Shown: piece after piece, positions 1 through 10,868 of the stretch
Numbering within the stretch: the first letter of the stretch is position 1
Layout: every line of letters begins with the position of its first letter
DNA from: Pavona decussata
Lineage: Eukaryota
Length of the DNA: 64,000 nt
Assembly (NCBI GenBank): GCA_977016875.1
Contig: CDRNST010000047.1
Coordinates: forward strand, 1,302,001-1,366,000
Direction: 5' to 3'
The notes under the pieces: model-generated
The model's input: the letters and a program-made list of their open reading frames with translations, nothing else
Told to the model about the DNA's origin: nothing
Databases searched by the model: none
Program-made: the position numbers and the translations under genes

Positions 1-1277
1 ACAGGAAACTGGGATTATATCAACGGCTGTTAATATTTATTCAAGCTTACTCTTTTAAATCTAGTTTCAAACTTTAGGTAATCCTCCTGGTAATGTTCAG
101 ATACAGACGTTTAAGGGACAATTATTCACGATGCAAACCTATCATCGACAGCGACGAAAATCAAAGATAAAGTCAGTTCCCCGTCATAAGGACTCTCGAG
201 GTGTTTTAGAAAATCAATAAAAATATTACCTTGACGAACTAAAGCGACTGAATCACGAAACAAATTTTTATTTCAAAATGAGAGCGAGAGGTTGTAACAT
301 CCTCAGATAATTGCTCAGTACTGCTCTCTCGACTATTAACTAGGTTGATTAGTGAAATTACTCTACAAGAATTACATTATGTCAAGAACAGTCACTGTGG
401 AAGACATTGTTCAATCCAGTAAAACAGGTGGAGGCCGCCGCCTTTTCTGTGCGCCCTGCTTTTGAGGATTCGCCGCAGGCGAGGTTATTTTGTACGTACA
501 AGGGAAGCTCTTGGGACTGAACAAGACCGTACAAATAGTTTGATGTATTCGTGGCGATGATATCGAATGAATATTGTTGGAGACCAATTTTGATCTTGGT
601 GCTGTTTCGTGGAATCTGCATCAGCTGATAAAACTGCATTTTTTTATATCCAAGTTTCCTAAGCATGTCACGCAAAAGCCACGCCTTTCTTTGAAGAACA
701 CTTCAGAAAGACTAAAACTAGTACTGTGTTCACACTTGCACCAAATAGTTTACTCTGGTTTTGCTATAATTTGTGTTCATACTGAGGAGTCCTGGACGCT
801 AAAACAGGTTCGCAACGAGGTTCTTTGACTATGATCGTGTGCTCTAGTGTAAACCATATGAGATCGGTTGAGTGTGGACTTTGATGCATGCAACCAGTCG
901 GTGAAATGATCAATGGTGCGTCGAGGAAAGAATGAGTCAACTTTTTATGCTTTCAAGGGTGCCCTTCCTTTCTATCAATAATGGTAATGATAATAACAAT
1001 AATAGTAATGATACTCATGATGATGATGATAACACTAATAATGACAATGATAGTCTCTCAACAACTGGGCAGCAAAGATATTTCCTTGACTTAAATACAG
1101 CTTAAATTAGTTGCACTGGTTCTAAATGATTAGATGGCTACAACAACAAAATCAACAACAACAGTTAAACTACTACTACTTTATATAAGTGTCACTGTTT
1201 TTAACTCTACAGTACCAATTTGGGCCGATACTGTAATTGATTAAAGGAAACACTACAAGCTCAAAGCAATTCTGTAA

Positions 1278-1385
1278 AAATCCCAACTGACAGGAGGGCT
1301 CACCAGATGACTATTTACATTTAGCATAGCGGAGGATTTGAACAAGGGACTACCTCGCGGTCTTGAACCCGAGAACTGCAAATCT
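1278..1385 (-). mobile_element. Degenerate tRNA-derived SINE fragment
   Basis: The minus strand shows B-box-like GGTTCAAGACC and GTTCAAATCC. The body (AAAATCCCAACTG..GGAGG..ACCAG.TGACTATTTAC) resembles a coral SINE as I recall it; not verified. Confidence 0.45.
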
Positions 1386-1710
1386 ACTACTGCAAATCTG
1401 TATAACACCTATATATGTTTCGGATTAACTTGTGATGGAAGTGAGGTATACGAAAGTAATTTATATGATTTGATTTGATTAACTTGTGCAGTCATTATGG
1501 CATTAACTCAATAAAGGAAATTATATGTCCTTTTTTTCCATGTCATGAAACGAGAAACCATGTTCAATTTTTTTCCAGAGAAAACCATACAAGGTTCTGA
1601 TTTCAATATAAAGATTGAAAAACTGCGCAGCGTAGTTAATTAATGAGAATTTAAAGATTATAAAATCGACGCTGTTAATTTAACGAACTTTTCTTACGGT
1701 ACAGTTTCGT

Positions 1711-1744
1711 ACCCTGAAGAAGGCAGCATTGCCGAAACGTCGGT
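1711..1744 (+). ncRNA. Minimal type I hammerhead ribozyme motif (Penelope-like-element type) in intron 1 of Dmbx A
   Basis: ACC-CUGAAGA-A-GGCA(GCAU)UGCC-GAA-ACGU-C-GGU. Intact core, 4-bp helix II, palindromic ACGU helix III, GUC cleavage triplet (after 1741), 3-bp helix I. Confidence 0.7.
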
Positions 1745-1843
1745 TTTGATTGCGTCGAGTTTTAATTAGCGATTGTTGTTTTATCCTCTTGTGATTAGCT
1801 AAACCTTTAAGGCACCTTTACTAATACATACCTACATTTTCAG

Positions 1844-2022
1844 ATGTTATCCTGGAAGCTCGGCAAGAGAAAAATCGCCGTCCCCCAAGGCGCACGCGCA
1901 CAGCCTTCACGCACCAACAGCTAGGAATACTGGAAAAATCCTTCAGCAAAACGCATTACCCGGATGTGGAGCTTAGAGAGCAGATTGCTGCAAAGACCAA
2001 CCTACAAGAAGGCAGAATTCAG
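1844..2022 (+). CDS. Dmbx: Dmbx paralogue A exon 2 (179 bp; homeodomain residues 1-46)
   Basis: AG/GT bounded, open frame, same length and phases as exon 2 of B, C and E. Confidence 0.92.
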
Positions 2023-3134
2023 GTGAGTAAAAAAAAAAGAAAACAAAAAAAAATTGGGCACTTTCGTCTTATTGAAAGAGTGCGCACGAAGCGACCGTCG
2101 CTTTTTGCGCACTCTTTCAATAAGACGAAAGTTTTGCAAAACAAAAACAAACGAACACACGAATGAATGATCAAAAGAATTTAGAAACGTAAACGGATTT
2201 TTATCAAGTATTTCCATACACCACTGATCCAGAGCATAGCGGTTTGCGATTTTTACGCACAAACTAGCAGTGCATCAATGGCATCAAGGCCGTACCTTCC
2301 CGACAAAATGACGCTTATTTTTGGTTTTTCGACAGGAAAAGCGTTTATTCTAGTGTTGCTTATAAACACCCTTCAGAAAACCACAAGAAGTCGGTTTCTA
2401 AATTACAATTACAATGAGAATTTATAGAGCGCCAAAATCCAAAAGTTTACAAAAGTAAGAAAAATTCATTGCAAAGATAAGGGCGCTAAAAATATATACA
2501 AAAAATCGTTCAAACATGTGAAGATTAACTAGATATTAACTAAATGTTCGTTTATAAAGAAACGTTTTTAACTTATTTAAAAATATCAACTGAAGTACAG
2601 TTCCTTAATTAATTCAATTGGTAATGTCAGTTCCATAATTTAGGAGCAAATACAGAGAACGCTCTGTCTCCATAACTCTTAAAATTAGAAACCAGAGTAA
2701 CTAATAGTTTTGAAGACGAAGAAGAAGAACTAAGGTTGATCTAAGATACAAAACCCACAATTTAGTTCAGTTTTGCTCTTGCTTTTCAGGTTTGGTTTAA
2801 AAACCGACGAGCCAAATATCGCAAGGAGGTAAGAACATTACTTCTGCCAGATAACTATGAAAGTGACGACGAACACATTGCTACCCTTTGCCCAGTGACC
2901 CCGACGCAAGGCCCCGCACCATCTTATTTTCATTGTAACTCGGTTCCCCGTTACTACAATTATAACGAGCCTATGGACCCATTAAGACCTTTTGGATGTC
3001 CTTCAAATATGTGCACCCATGCGCAGTTGACAGCACATACACAGTTACTACATGCGCATGGACCTCAAGGCTGGAAGCCAGTCAGTAAGCCGATGATGGA
3101 TCATGTACATTTGGGAGAAATGTGGCGTGGATGA
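1844..3134 (+). CDS. Dmbx: Dmbx-like PRD-class K50 homeobox protein, paralogue A; 5'-partial, join(<1844..2022,2790..3134)
   Basis: Splice sites: tttcag|ATGTT at 1844, CAG|gtgagt at 2022, tttcag|GTTTGG at 2790, TGA at 3134. Translation: (D)[73 protein letters not shown]... K50, KTHYPDV and the DxILEAR leader are Dmbx hallmarks. No exon 1 found in 1-1843. Confidence 0.9.
2060..2132. repeat. 73-nt inverted repeat / hairpin in intron 2 of Dmbx A
   Basis: ACTTTCGTCTTATTGAAAGAGTGCGCA (2060-2086) is the exact reverse complement of 2106-2132. The inner AAGCGA/TCGCTT also pairs. Confidence 0.9.
2402..2750 (-). mobile_element. LINE (L2/CR1-clade) 3' fragment, degenerate ORF2 C-terminus
   Basis: The minus strand reads ...[29 protein letters not shown], then broken frames giving ...TSVDIFK and KLKTFLY..., a typical L2/CR1 ORF2 end. 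Confidence 0.7.
2790..3134 (+). CDS. Dmbx: Dmbx paralogue A exon 3 ([12 protein letters not shown] plus tail)
   Basis: In frame with track ORF 2895..3134; polypyrimidine tract and cag acceptor. Confidence 0.9.
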   Translation, partial: VWFKNRRAKYRKEVRTLLLPDNYESDDEHIATLCPVTPTQGPAPSYFHCNSVPRYYNYNEPMDPLRPFGCPSNMCTHAQLTAHTQLLHAHGPQGWKPVSKPMMDHVHLGEMWRG

Positions 3135-3490
3135 TACGAATTGACTTGAAGAAAATTGAGCAGTGTATCCTACTATTTTGGAAGACTTTAATGAGGCTCA
3201 TTTGAAGTAGTCGAGTACTAACAGGCAATGTCAAAGTAATTTGCTTGTTCATTTGAGGAAGATTTGAAGAGATGAAATTTTTGTAAAAGGGCAGCATTTC
3301 TGCTCACGTAATGAGTATATTAGCTTTGTAAATTGCGTGTAAATATGAATTGTCAAGTAGTATCACCAAGGTCCAAGCATAACCCCTGTGCCCTTGTATA
3401 TCAAGTGGTCTCCATCCACATGCAGGAGGTCCACAATAGTTGAGACAAAAAAATCAAATAAATAAAAAAAAAAAAAATTATGCGGTTTAA

Positions 3491-3617
3491 ACCGACGAGT
3501 CATATCATAAATCGATATATTATGATCATCCGGGTGAGTGTAGGACGGTCCCACGACTGTTTGAGGTCACATTGAAAGACGGTTGGACAACATGAGCGGA
3601 AGTCATCATCAAAGTAA
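3491..3617 (-). mobile_element. Penelope-like terminal repeat relic with decayed hammerhead
   Basis: Minus strand TTGATGATGACTTCCGCTCATGTTGTCCAACCGTC follows the CUGAnGA...GAAACGUC layout with core mutations. Confidence 0.4.
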
Positions 3618-4665
3618 ATTGTGGATCGTATAAAATTATCAGCTTACGGTGTTAGTTTCCTGTGGGTTTGATGTGCATTTGCATCCAAGTCACAGTGCTA
3701 GACACAACAGCACCGTAGTCATGTTCTGAGCTGATTTGTGACCAAATGGACCTGACTTAACAAACACTCACAAGGAGAGCAGCTTTAACGAGAAAGTTTC
3801 ACCTTACTTGCCACTGAAAACGATTTCTTCCGCTGTAAAAGAAACAAAAAAAGATTATCTTTCTTCCGGAATTTTTTTGTGCAAAATTGTGTTAAATCTG
3901 TCATGTAACAAAAGTTTGGCTATCTGCCGTGAGAGATGCCTCTAAGGTCTTCTAAGTTGAATACAAAATTGAAGTAAATGTTATCTAAGATCACTGATAT
4001 GTTGGGATAAATATTGGCCGGTGGAATACCTTAATTATTCTATAATCAGATGATTTCCTACCATTGTGTTTCGCATGTCGCACAGCATTAGCTAAAACGC
4101 ACGAGCTCACATCAAAGTCCAAGCCTAACGTTTCTTTGTGTAGAACTGTTCGCTGTAAAATATTTTCCAAAGAGTACAAATTTTCATGCGTGGGCACTCC
4201 TGAGAATGAATGGATATAAACTAGTAATAATCATGGATTGGTAAAGTGCGTTCGAGCTCATGGCATCCAGACCGAAGCGAGTCAACCCGCGGGACTTCAC
4301 TTAGCCAGCGGGATTCATAGCTCTCGCATGAAGTCGAGGCGGGTGGTCAACCAATCCAAGATGGCGCCTAAACCCTGCAATCCAGAAAAAAGCGACATGA
4401 ATAGTATGCGTTCTCCTAACGTCGAACGCAATTTATTTACTAAATAAAATGATCAGATGTTTCAGTTCTAAGTCCCCTGGGGATGTAGTACGGTCTCCAT
4501 TTTCGAGAAAAGCGACTGAAAGCTTGTTATGCTGGAGCTAAGGACAAGCAGAGACCCTGACAATTTGTTAACAAAGTGTTCCGGAGGCTTCAAGAACAGT
4601 CAAGAACGTTGTAAAGGCTTGTGGAAAGTTCCAGAATAATCCGTGCGTGACATAAAGGTCTAAAA

Positions 4666-4826
4666 TAGACCGTTTCCGGGTTGCTTTGAACCTCATTATG
4701 AAAGCGAGGCTAAGTGCAAACTTCCTGTCATGAAAATTAATTTTCACTCATATGCAAACAAAACTAATTTTCATATGAAAAGTTTTGCACGTAGCCTCGC
4801 TTTCAAAGCAACTCGGAAATGACCTA
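4666..4826. mobile_element. TA-flanked MITE
   Basis: Imperfect TIRs TAGACCGTTTCCGGGTTGCTTTGAA / TTCAAAGCAACTCGGAAATGACCTA, plus internal IR GAAAGCGAGGCTA / TAGCCTCGCTTTC. Confidence 0.75.
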
Positions 4827-7618
4827 TTAGCTGTTGTCGTCAAAAAGCTCGGAACGTTCTAGAATTACGTAATTTCCCAAAAATAGCTGTGTGGAACACT
4901 ATAAGTACAGACAACGAAACACTGAGATTTGCTGTCGTTATATTGTTCGCTTTTATTGTCACCGTTAAAGTATAGTACAAAGTTAGAGCTTAATAGTACG
5001 TGAATCGAAAACATCGTTGTAATCAGAGGATCGTGGTAATAAAGCATGGAAAGTCTAAAACGATCGTACGGTTTATCTCGAAACCACTAAGTTAAAAAAA
5101 CACTAAAATTAATGCCAACATGCACGTCGTTACGCTTTTAATTCCTTTTTTTTCCGTGCTGTAAAAGGCCATCTTTAGTACGTGATGCTATGACATGCCT
5201 AATACCCAATAATAGAAAAGCTTCTTAATTCAAATAAAGACGCTGTCAATAAGAATGTATATATACTGCATTTAGACTGAAAGTCAAGGGGCGAGCAACA
5301 AACACTATTTAAATACTCTAAATCCGGGCAGGAATGATTTTGAAAACAAACCCAACTGAAAGAGGGCCTCCGATTATCAGTAGAGGCCTGTTGGTAATTA
5401 ATTAAAACTTTGTCGCTTGTTATTTCATCGATCTTTCATACCATGATATATGCATTTGTAAATACCTAATAGATGAATTTTGTAGTCAGGAAAATAGAAA
5501 TATGCGTAGGATTGTTTTAAGGAATAAATGTTTTTCTTATTGAAATTTTCTTTGTTTGTTACCTTGAAATAATAAATATTTCAGCTTCCTCGGCACTGAT
5601 GCACGCCTCACACTTGAGACACAAACGAGCAATTCAGTTTACACTTATATTGCTGGACAGTTGACGAGGAGAGTTCAGTGTATGATAGCAGAACTGAACC
5701 TTCTGAGTGCTCTCGCCAAGTATAGCTGCCACTGCAAGACTAGAGTCGCGATTGTTTGGTAAGTTCACGGACATCTTTCGTCAGCTATACCTGGAAGCAG
5801 CAATGCCTCGAGCTCTACCTCTTGTCTGGTAAGCGTCTTTTAAAGCATTTTTTTAAAATTAAATATTCCACATTTAAGACCCTAGTGTGCGAAAAGATCT
5901 TACTTCAGTTTCGTCGACTAGCAAGGTCCAAAATCGGAAAATAGTGAGCACAAATTCTTTATTGAAACTAACTTCAAGCCAAACACCATTACGTATACGT
6001 GAAAGGAAAGCTCGTTAACGTTTATCTGAGTGGCCGAAAATGATTACTGATAAAGAAATCGTGGCAGTGATTATCCGGGTGATTAAATACCGATACAGAA
6101 CTGGGCGACAAGTTTAAAAGCTGGATTGCTAGATGTTTTAAACCATATTACCCCAAAGTAAAACATAATTGAAGAGATTTCAAATGAATGGATGGTCACA
6201 CATGATGATTTTACAAAGTTTCGAAAGTTAAAACCACCTTGTTGAGCCTAATTAAAAGCACCACCATAATTTATTGCTCAAATGTCTTTATTTGAATCGT
6301 GCTCAGATCTGAAGATTACGTCAATTTGCTTTTAAAAATAGCTAGAATCACATTAACGGATACGATACTACGAAGTTGAGTTTTAAATAACATATTCTTA
6401 GTCAGGTACTCAGTTTGAACATCAGAGATAAAAACGAAATCGGTTAAGACGTTTCAGATGATGGCTTCATTCTTCGCCTTAAAAACGGAATTAACAGGTG
6501 GTTTTGTTTCTACATTTCAAAGCCGTTTTCACTCACTCTTATCTGTAAGGGTCGTAAGATAAGTTAAGAAAATCAGCATTTTAATATTCTTTTGTTGGTA
6601 TTCAAATTAACACTTCTTACCTCGTTGTTAAGCTTACAGATCAAAGGAATATTTTACCTTGAACGAGGCAAGAAGGGCTACTTTGCAATTACCTGATGCA
6701 GACAAAAGAATATTAAAATGGAAGCCATTTTGGAATAACTTTTATGCGGACCCACCGAAAGAAATAGAAGAACTAGTAACACAAGTAAGCTATAGTAAGT
6801 TGCTGTTCAAAGTAAACGAGTAGTTTCGTACTTGCCAACAACTACTGAGATGGCCAGTGAAATATAAGGTTTTGCCTGTAACATTTCGAGAACATCATAC
6901 TCACTCGTCGTTAGTTTCAAAAATGGCGTATCAGTTCAAAGCTAGGTAAACAAGATACATGAGATTACATCTTTTTATTTGCCCTTGTTGATATGAAGAC
7001 TATGCCTCAAGGTCGGTTCAAATGAAGAGCAAGTGGTTCTCAGTGATTTTACCATTTCGTGACTGCAGCTGTAACCAGACTACACGGAGAACAATATGTT
7101 CCACATAAACTCTAACAATGATTTTGATGAACTAGCCTTTCTCTTGACTTACGGATGGTGATTGCCGTCTTACATACCAAAGATACGAGGAAGTTTAAAT
7201 GGGCACAGCATGAATAAACTAATTTAATCCAAAAGGCATGTTTTTTTTTTCAGGCTATTTTTGTTTCCATTGCGATAGATGCTTTTTTAAGGTTGTTGTT
7301 TTTGGTTTTATACCCTAAATCCCGGGGTCTAATCTATATCCCTTCGCCTTAAAATACAGTAGATATTTGGTAAATCATTGTTTTAGTAAAAGACATTGTG
7401 GCGCAATTGAACGATTATTTCATATTTGGCAAGGTTAAATGGTTAGTCAAAGTTAAATGTTCCGGCTGTGATTTGTTCATCTACCTGAAGAACAGCTAAT
7501 CCAGTTTCAACTGGGACAATCTCAATAAGTTCTTTAAAAGACATAACAAGGATATCATTTAAATATCTGATGAGAAGAGACAATAGATATCCTCGCTTGT
7601 CTTGAAATTTTGCTCGTC

Positions 7619-8176
7619 CCGGGCCCGATAAGTGATTTTGGTGATATATGTTTCTTAACAGAAGTTAATTTTTGTTTTACAATAACTGTCCAAATTCCCG
7701 CGCGCTGATTGGCTCGTAGCTATTGTCTATAAGAGTAAAGACAATAAAAATGACGTCAGATGTAACGCGCGCGCTTTCTCAACGAAAAAAATAGCCAATT
7801 CTGCTCGTACTTTTTCCATGTTATTGTAAAAAACAAATCGAAGGCAGTTTTCTATAGTCTATACTCTTATAGACCATAAAATGACGCCATAAAATGTCCA
7901 AAACTTGGCAGTGAAACCACTCGCCTGCGGCTCGTGGTTCCACTTGAGTTTTGAACATTTTTTGACGTCATTTTATGGTCTATAAGAGTATAGACCATAG
8001 AAAACTGTCGTCGATTTGTTAATTAGCTTTGAATACTAAATTTTAAAATCTTACAAATTTATGAAAACATTGGCCAAGTACCATTTCTGCAATCATTGTG
8101 TAATCGACGAAAAACATTTAAAAATAGACTTATCGGGCCCGGTAAGTTACCGGGACTTTCGAGAAACGGGCCCCTG
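7619..8176. mobile_element. GGGGCCCGTTTC-TIR MITE (5'-truncated), interrupted by a nested element
   Basis: 7619-7675 plus 8024-8176 align to the uninterrupted copy at 20981-21206; right TIR GAAACGGGCCCC-TG. Confidence 0.75.
7676..8023. mobile_element. Non-autonomous element with ~190-bp internal foldback (possibly Helentron/Helitron-type), inserted in a TT context
   Basis: IR AACAAATCGA..CAGTTTTCTAT.GTCTATACTCTTATAGACCATAAAATGACG (from 7831) pairs with the arm ending at 8020. T-rich ends. Splits the host at GTT|AGC. Confidence 0.65.
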
Positions 8177-9562
8177 GTGAGTGCTTAAGGTTGTAACCAA
8201 ATGATCAGACAATAAAGCTTACATAAATAGGAGAAGATGTAACTAAGCTGTAGCTAAGCTGTTTTACTTTGTTTGCTACTAGAGTGGAACTCAAATGTTG
8301 ATCACCGATGGCAGTCGAACTGATCTCCTATCGCCGAAAAAAAAAATGGTACTACATGTATGGTCAGAATAACAACAGGCGACAATGTCTGTCTGTCTTC
8401 CGTCCCTGACATTTCATTCCTACTGGCGCCAACTAGCCTGCATAGGAAACGCTAAATAAGCCACGTAGTTAGGTTACTATGTTTGGTTCATGCCGCTATC
8501 TTGAATGAAAACAAGAAAAAAAAAAAAAACAAAAAAAAAACGTATATAGAGAAACGTATATAGAGAGAGTAAGGGTTAGTGAAAAAATAAAACCAGATCC
8601 CCCTTAATCTTTTGCGAAACGGAGACGGGAGTAAAATCGAAAACGAGCACACTTAAGCAGTAGCCAACCAAAAAAACATCATGTCAACATCGCTGACAAG
8701 TTTATGGTCCACAATCTACATTTCTCACAGTCTCTAAGCCACTCAGTCCACCTTGTAATTCATGTTTGTCTCGGAAAAGAAAGCATGTAAATTATAAAAG
8801 CTTATAAATTTACATAGAACCTTAACAGACACTCTAATTTATGGGATTAAATTTTTTTTTAATGTATGAATTTTCATATATTCACTTTTGTTAAAGGTTT
8901 TTGTCGCCCCAAATAGCCTCTGTTTGCATTTTACGCCTTATGTTTTGGCAATAGTACTGATCGTCCTTTAACCCTTTCACATATGATGTCAAATTGATGT
9001 CCATGAATGTGGTCCCGACCTTCTGTGCAAGAAATCCTAAAATTGACCAAAAATACGCACGGTATGGTAAGCCTTTTTGGCTAAAAAAAAAAAAACGGGA
9101 TTATTTTGGATGTAAATTAATGATGCGTCAGAAATGCAAAACAAACCCGGGCTACGTAGCCTATGAGATTAGACGTGTATTTTAAAATTGACTGATTCCT
9201 TTCCTTCTGGCCGACCAATCAAGCAACCAAGCTAAGAAACCGCTTAGTGTTGCCAACGTTAATTACTTTTTATACCAATCAGCCAGCGCTTTCATTGAAG
9301 GATTTTGTCGATGGCTACGCGGTTACTCATAATATGTTTTCAGAAAATTTGGAAAAATGTTTTGCTGTCTTTTTGTTTCGTCTGAAGAGATCATCCACGC
9401 AAGTGAAGTTAGAGATGTTGTTTTTCAAAGCCATTTTAGCCGTGAGCAAGCAGAGCGCGACACCCCGCTAGAAAGAAAGGCGAAAATCGTGCCAAGTTTT
9501 TCAGAGCATGCACAAGTTGTTGCTTCGATACAGTTTCAAGCCCTGGCTGAATCGCGTGGCCT

Positions 9563-9587
9563 CAACAACAACAACAACAACAACAAC
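9563..9587. repeat. (CAA)8 microsatellite
   Basis: Direct reading. Confidence 0.9.
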
Positions 9588-10119
9588 TTTTGTCTATAAA
9601 TAAAAAAAAGTTATTTAGATACGCCCTTGTTTACTCCTGTAAACCAAACACTTTTACTGTTCGCTCGATGGACGTACGGGCTAGCCATTCCGCTTGTAGT
9701 GTGAGTCATTTTAAAAGACGTTTAGTGGCCCGAACCTTGCACTTCGTTCAGACTTTCGCAGTAGCAATACTTTGAATCAGTCACCTGAAAAATGTTTCAG
9801 TACAAATTTAGAATAAGACGTAATTAATTTTTACTTGAACATAAGCTATCAGAAGCTCTCGAACATTTGATTTCCTAGAAAGTCTGCAACTAAGTGAGAT
9901 TTTTCGACGGCAAAATTGGTATTCGCTTAGACGAAACACTGCAAAGCAACGATCTGTTCTCAAAGAATGCTTTTTTCGCTTTGAACTCTCTGTATTCCAC
10001 CTCTTAGACCGTCGAGTAGTAGGGCTTCGTCTTTCGATTTATAATTCTGAAAACGTGTTTAACAGACCAGAGTCTCGTGAAACGTATATTCAAACACAGT
10101 ACTCTGCAAGGACAATGGG

Positions 10120-10868
10120 GTGATGGCATTTTCTAGCTTTGATCATCCTTCTAGTCAGCTATTTAAAACTCTAGACTGAGATAGTTAAATTTCCTGATCT
10201 TGTTACCTCAGAATCTGTCATTGCCATTTTTATGTATAAATTTCATAATCAATTGTTACCGTCTGTCTTTCAGTCCTTCTTCACTAAGTTAGATACTGTT
10301 CACAGTTACAATAGGTACCAGGTATGCTGCAAAATAGTCTTATTATCTTCCCAAAGCAAGAACAAATAATGGAAAATTTAATATTCGATTTCGAGGCCCT
10401 AAGATATGGAATGATATTGACTATGACATAAAGAACTTGTCTATTTCATCATTCAAAGATAAATTGAAACAAAACTTTCTCCAGAGCTACTAGCCCACTC
10501 TTCCACTGAGATAATACCACTGTTTATTTGCAATTTCCTACCATCTTATGTATATTTTAGTTTGATATATTCACATATTTATAAACTTTTACTTTTTTTT
10601 CTCTTTAATGTAATAGTTTACTGGTGTGATATTTGACTTCCTTTTTCCTTCATTATATTACTTATGTCTGCTTGGGTGGTGTATATGTGTGTGTGTGTGT
10701 GTGCGTCCGACCACAACCAGCATAAATAATTTGTTTACTGGTAACCTGGCATTTTTAACCCAATGGTTATTTCAGGTTTCCAGTAAGCTTGGTTTTCTTT
10801 CCAAGCTGTTTTTGTTTTAATGTAAATACTTGTAAAACAAAGGGTAAATAAAGTGTTGTTGTTGTTGA
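10120..10868 (+). mobile_element. 5'-truncated LINE (CR1/L2/Crack-like) ORF2 C-terminus and 3' UTR, pseudogenised
   Basis: Reads FSSFDHPSSQLFKTL...IAIFMYKFHNQLLPSVFQSFFTKLDTVHSYN/TRYAAK*SYYLPKARTNNGKFNIRFRGPKIWNDIDYDIKNLSISSFKDKLKQNFLQSY*, with frameshifts and stops. Ends in AATAAA and a (GTT)n tail. Confidence 0.8.

Noticed and set aside
782-812. CUGAGGA-GUCC-U-GGAC hammerhead-like start
   Set aside because: Followed by GCUA rather than GAAA, and the loop is impossibly small.
382-828. Overlapping ORFs 382..675(-) and 574..828(+) as exon 1 of Dmbx A or a separate gene
   Set aside because: No eh1 or TLAERLA motif. The faint resemblance of LQQYSFDIIA to a LINE endonuclease is too weak to call.
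3483-3508. GGTTTAAACCGACGAGTCATATC resembles the start of Dmbx A exon 3
   Set aside because: Needs two indels, has no acceptor, and overlaps the edge of a repeat relic; likely coincidence.
6445-6482. Minus-strand GAAACGUC with upstream GCGAAGA
   Set aside because: CUGA core missing and helix II irregular; at best a dead relic.
7567-7616. CUGAUGA...stem...GAAA on the + strand
   Set aside because: Three extra nucleotides before helix II, and no helix I/III or valid cleavage geometry.
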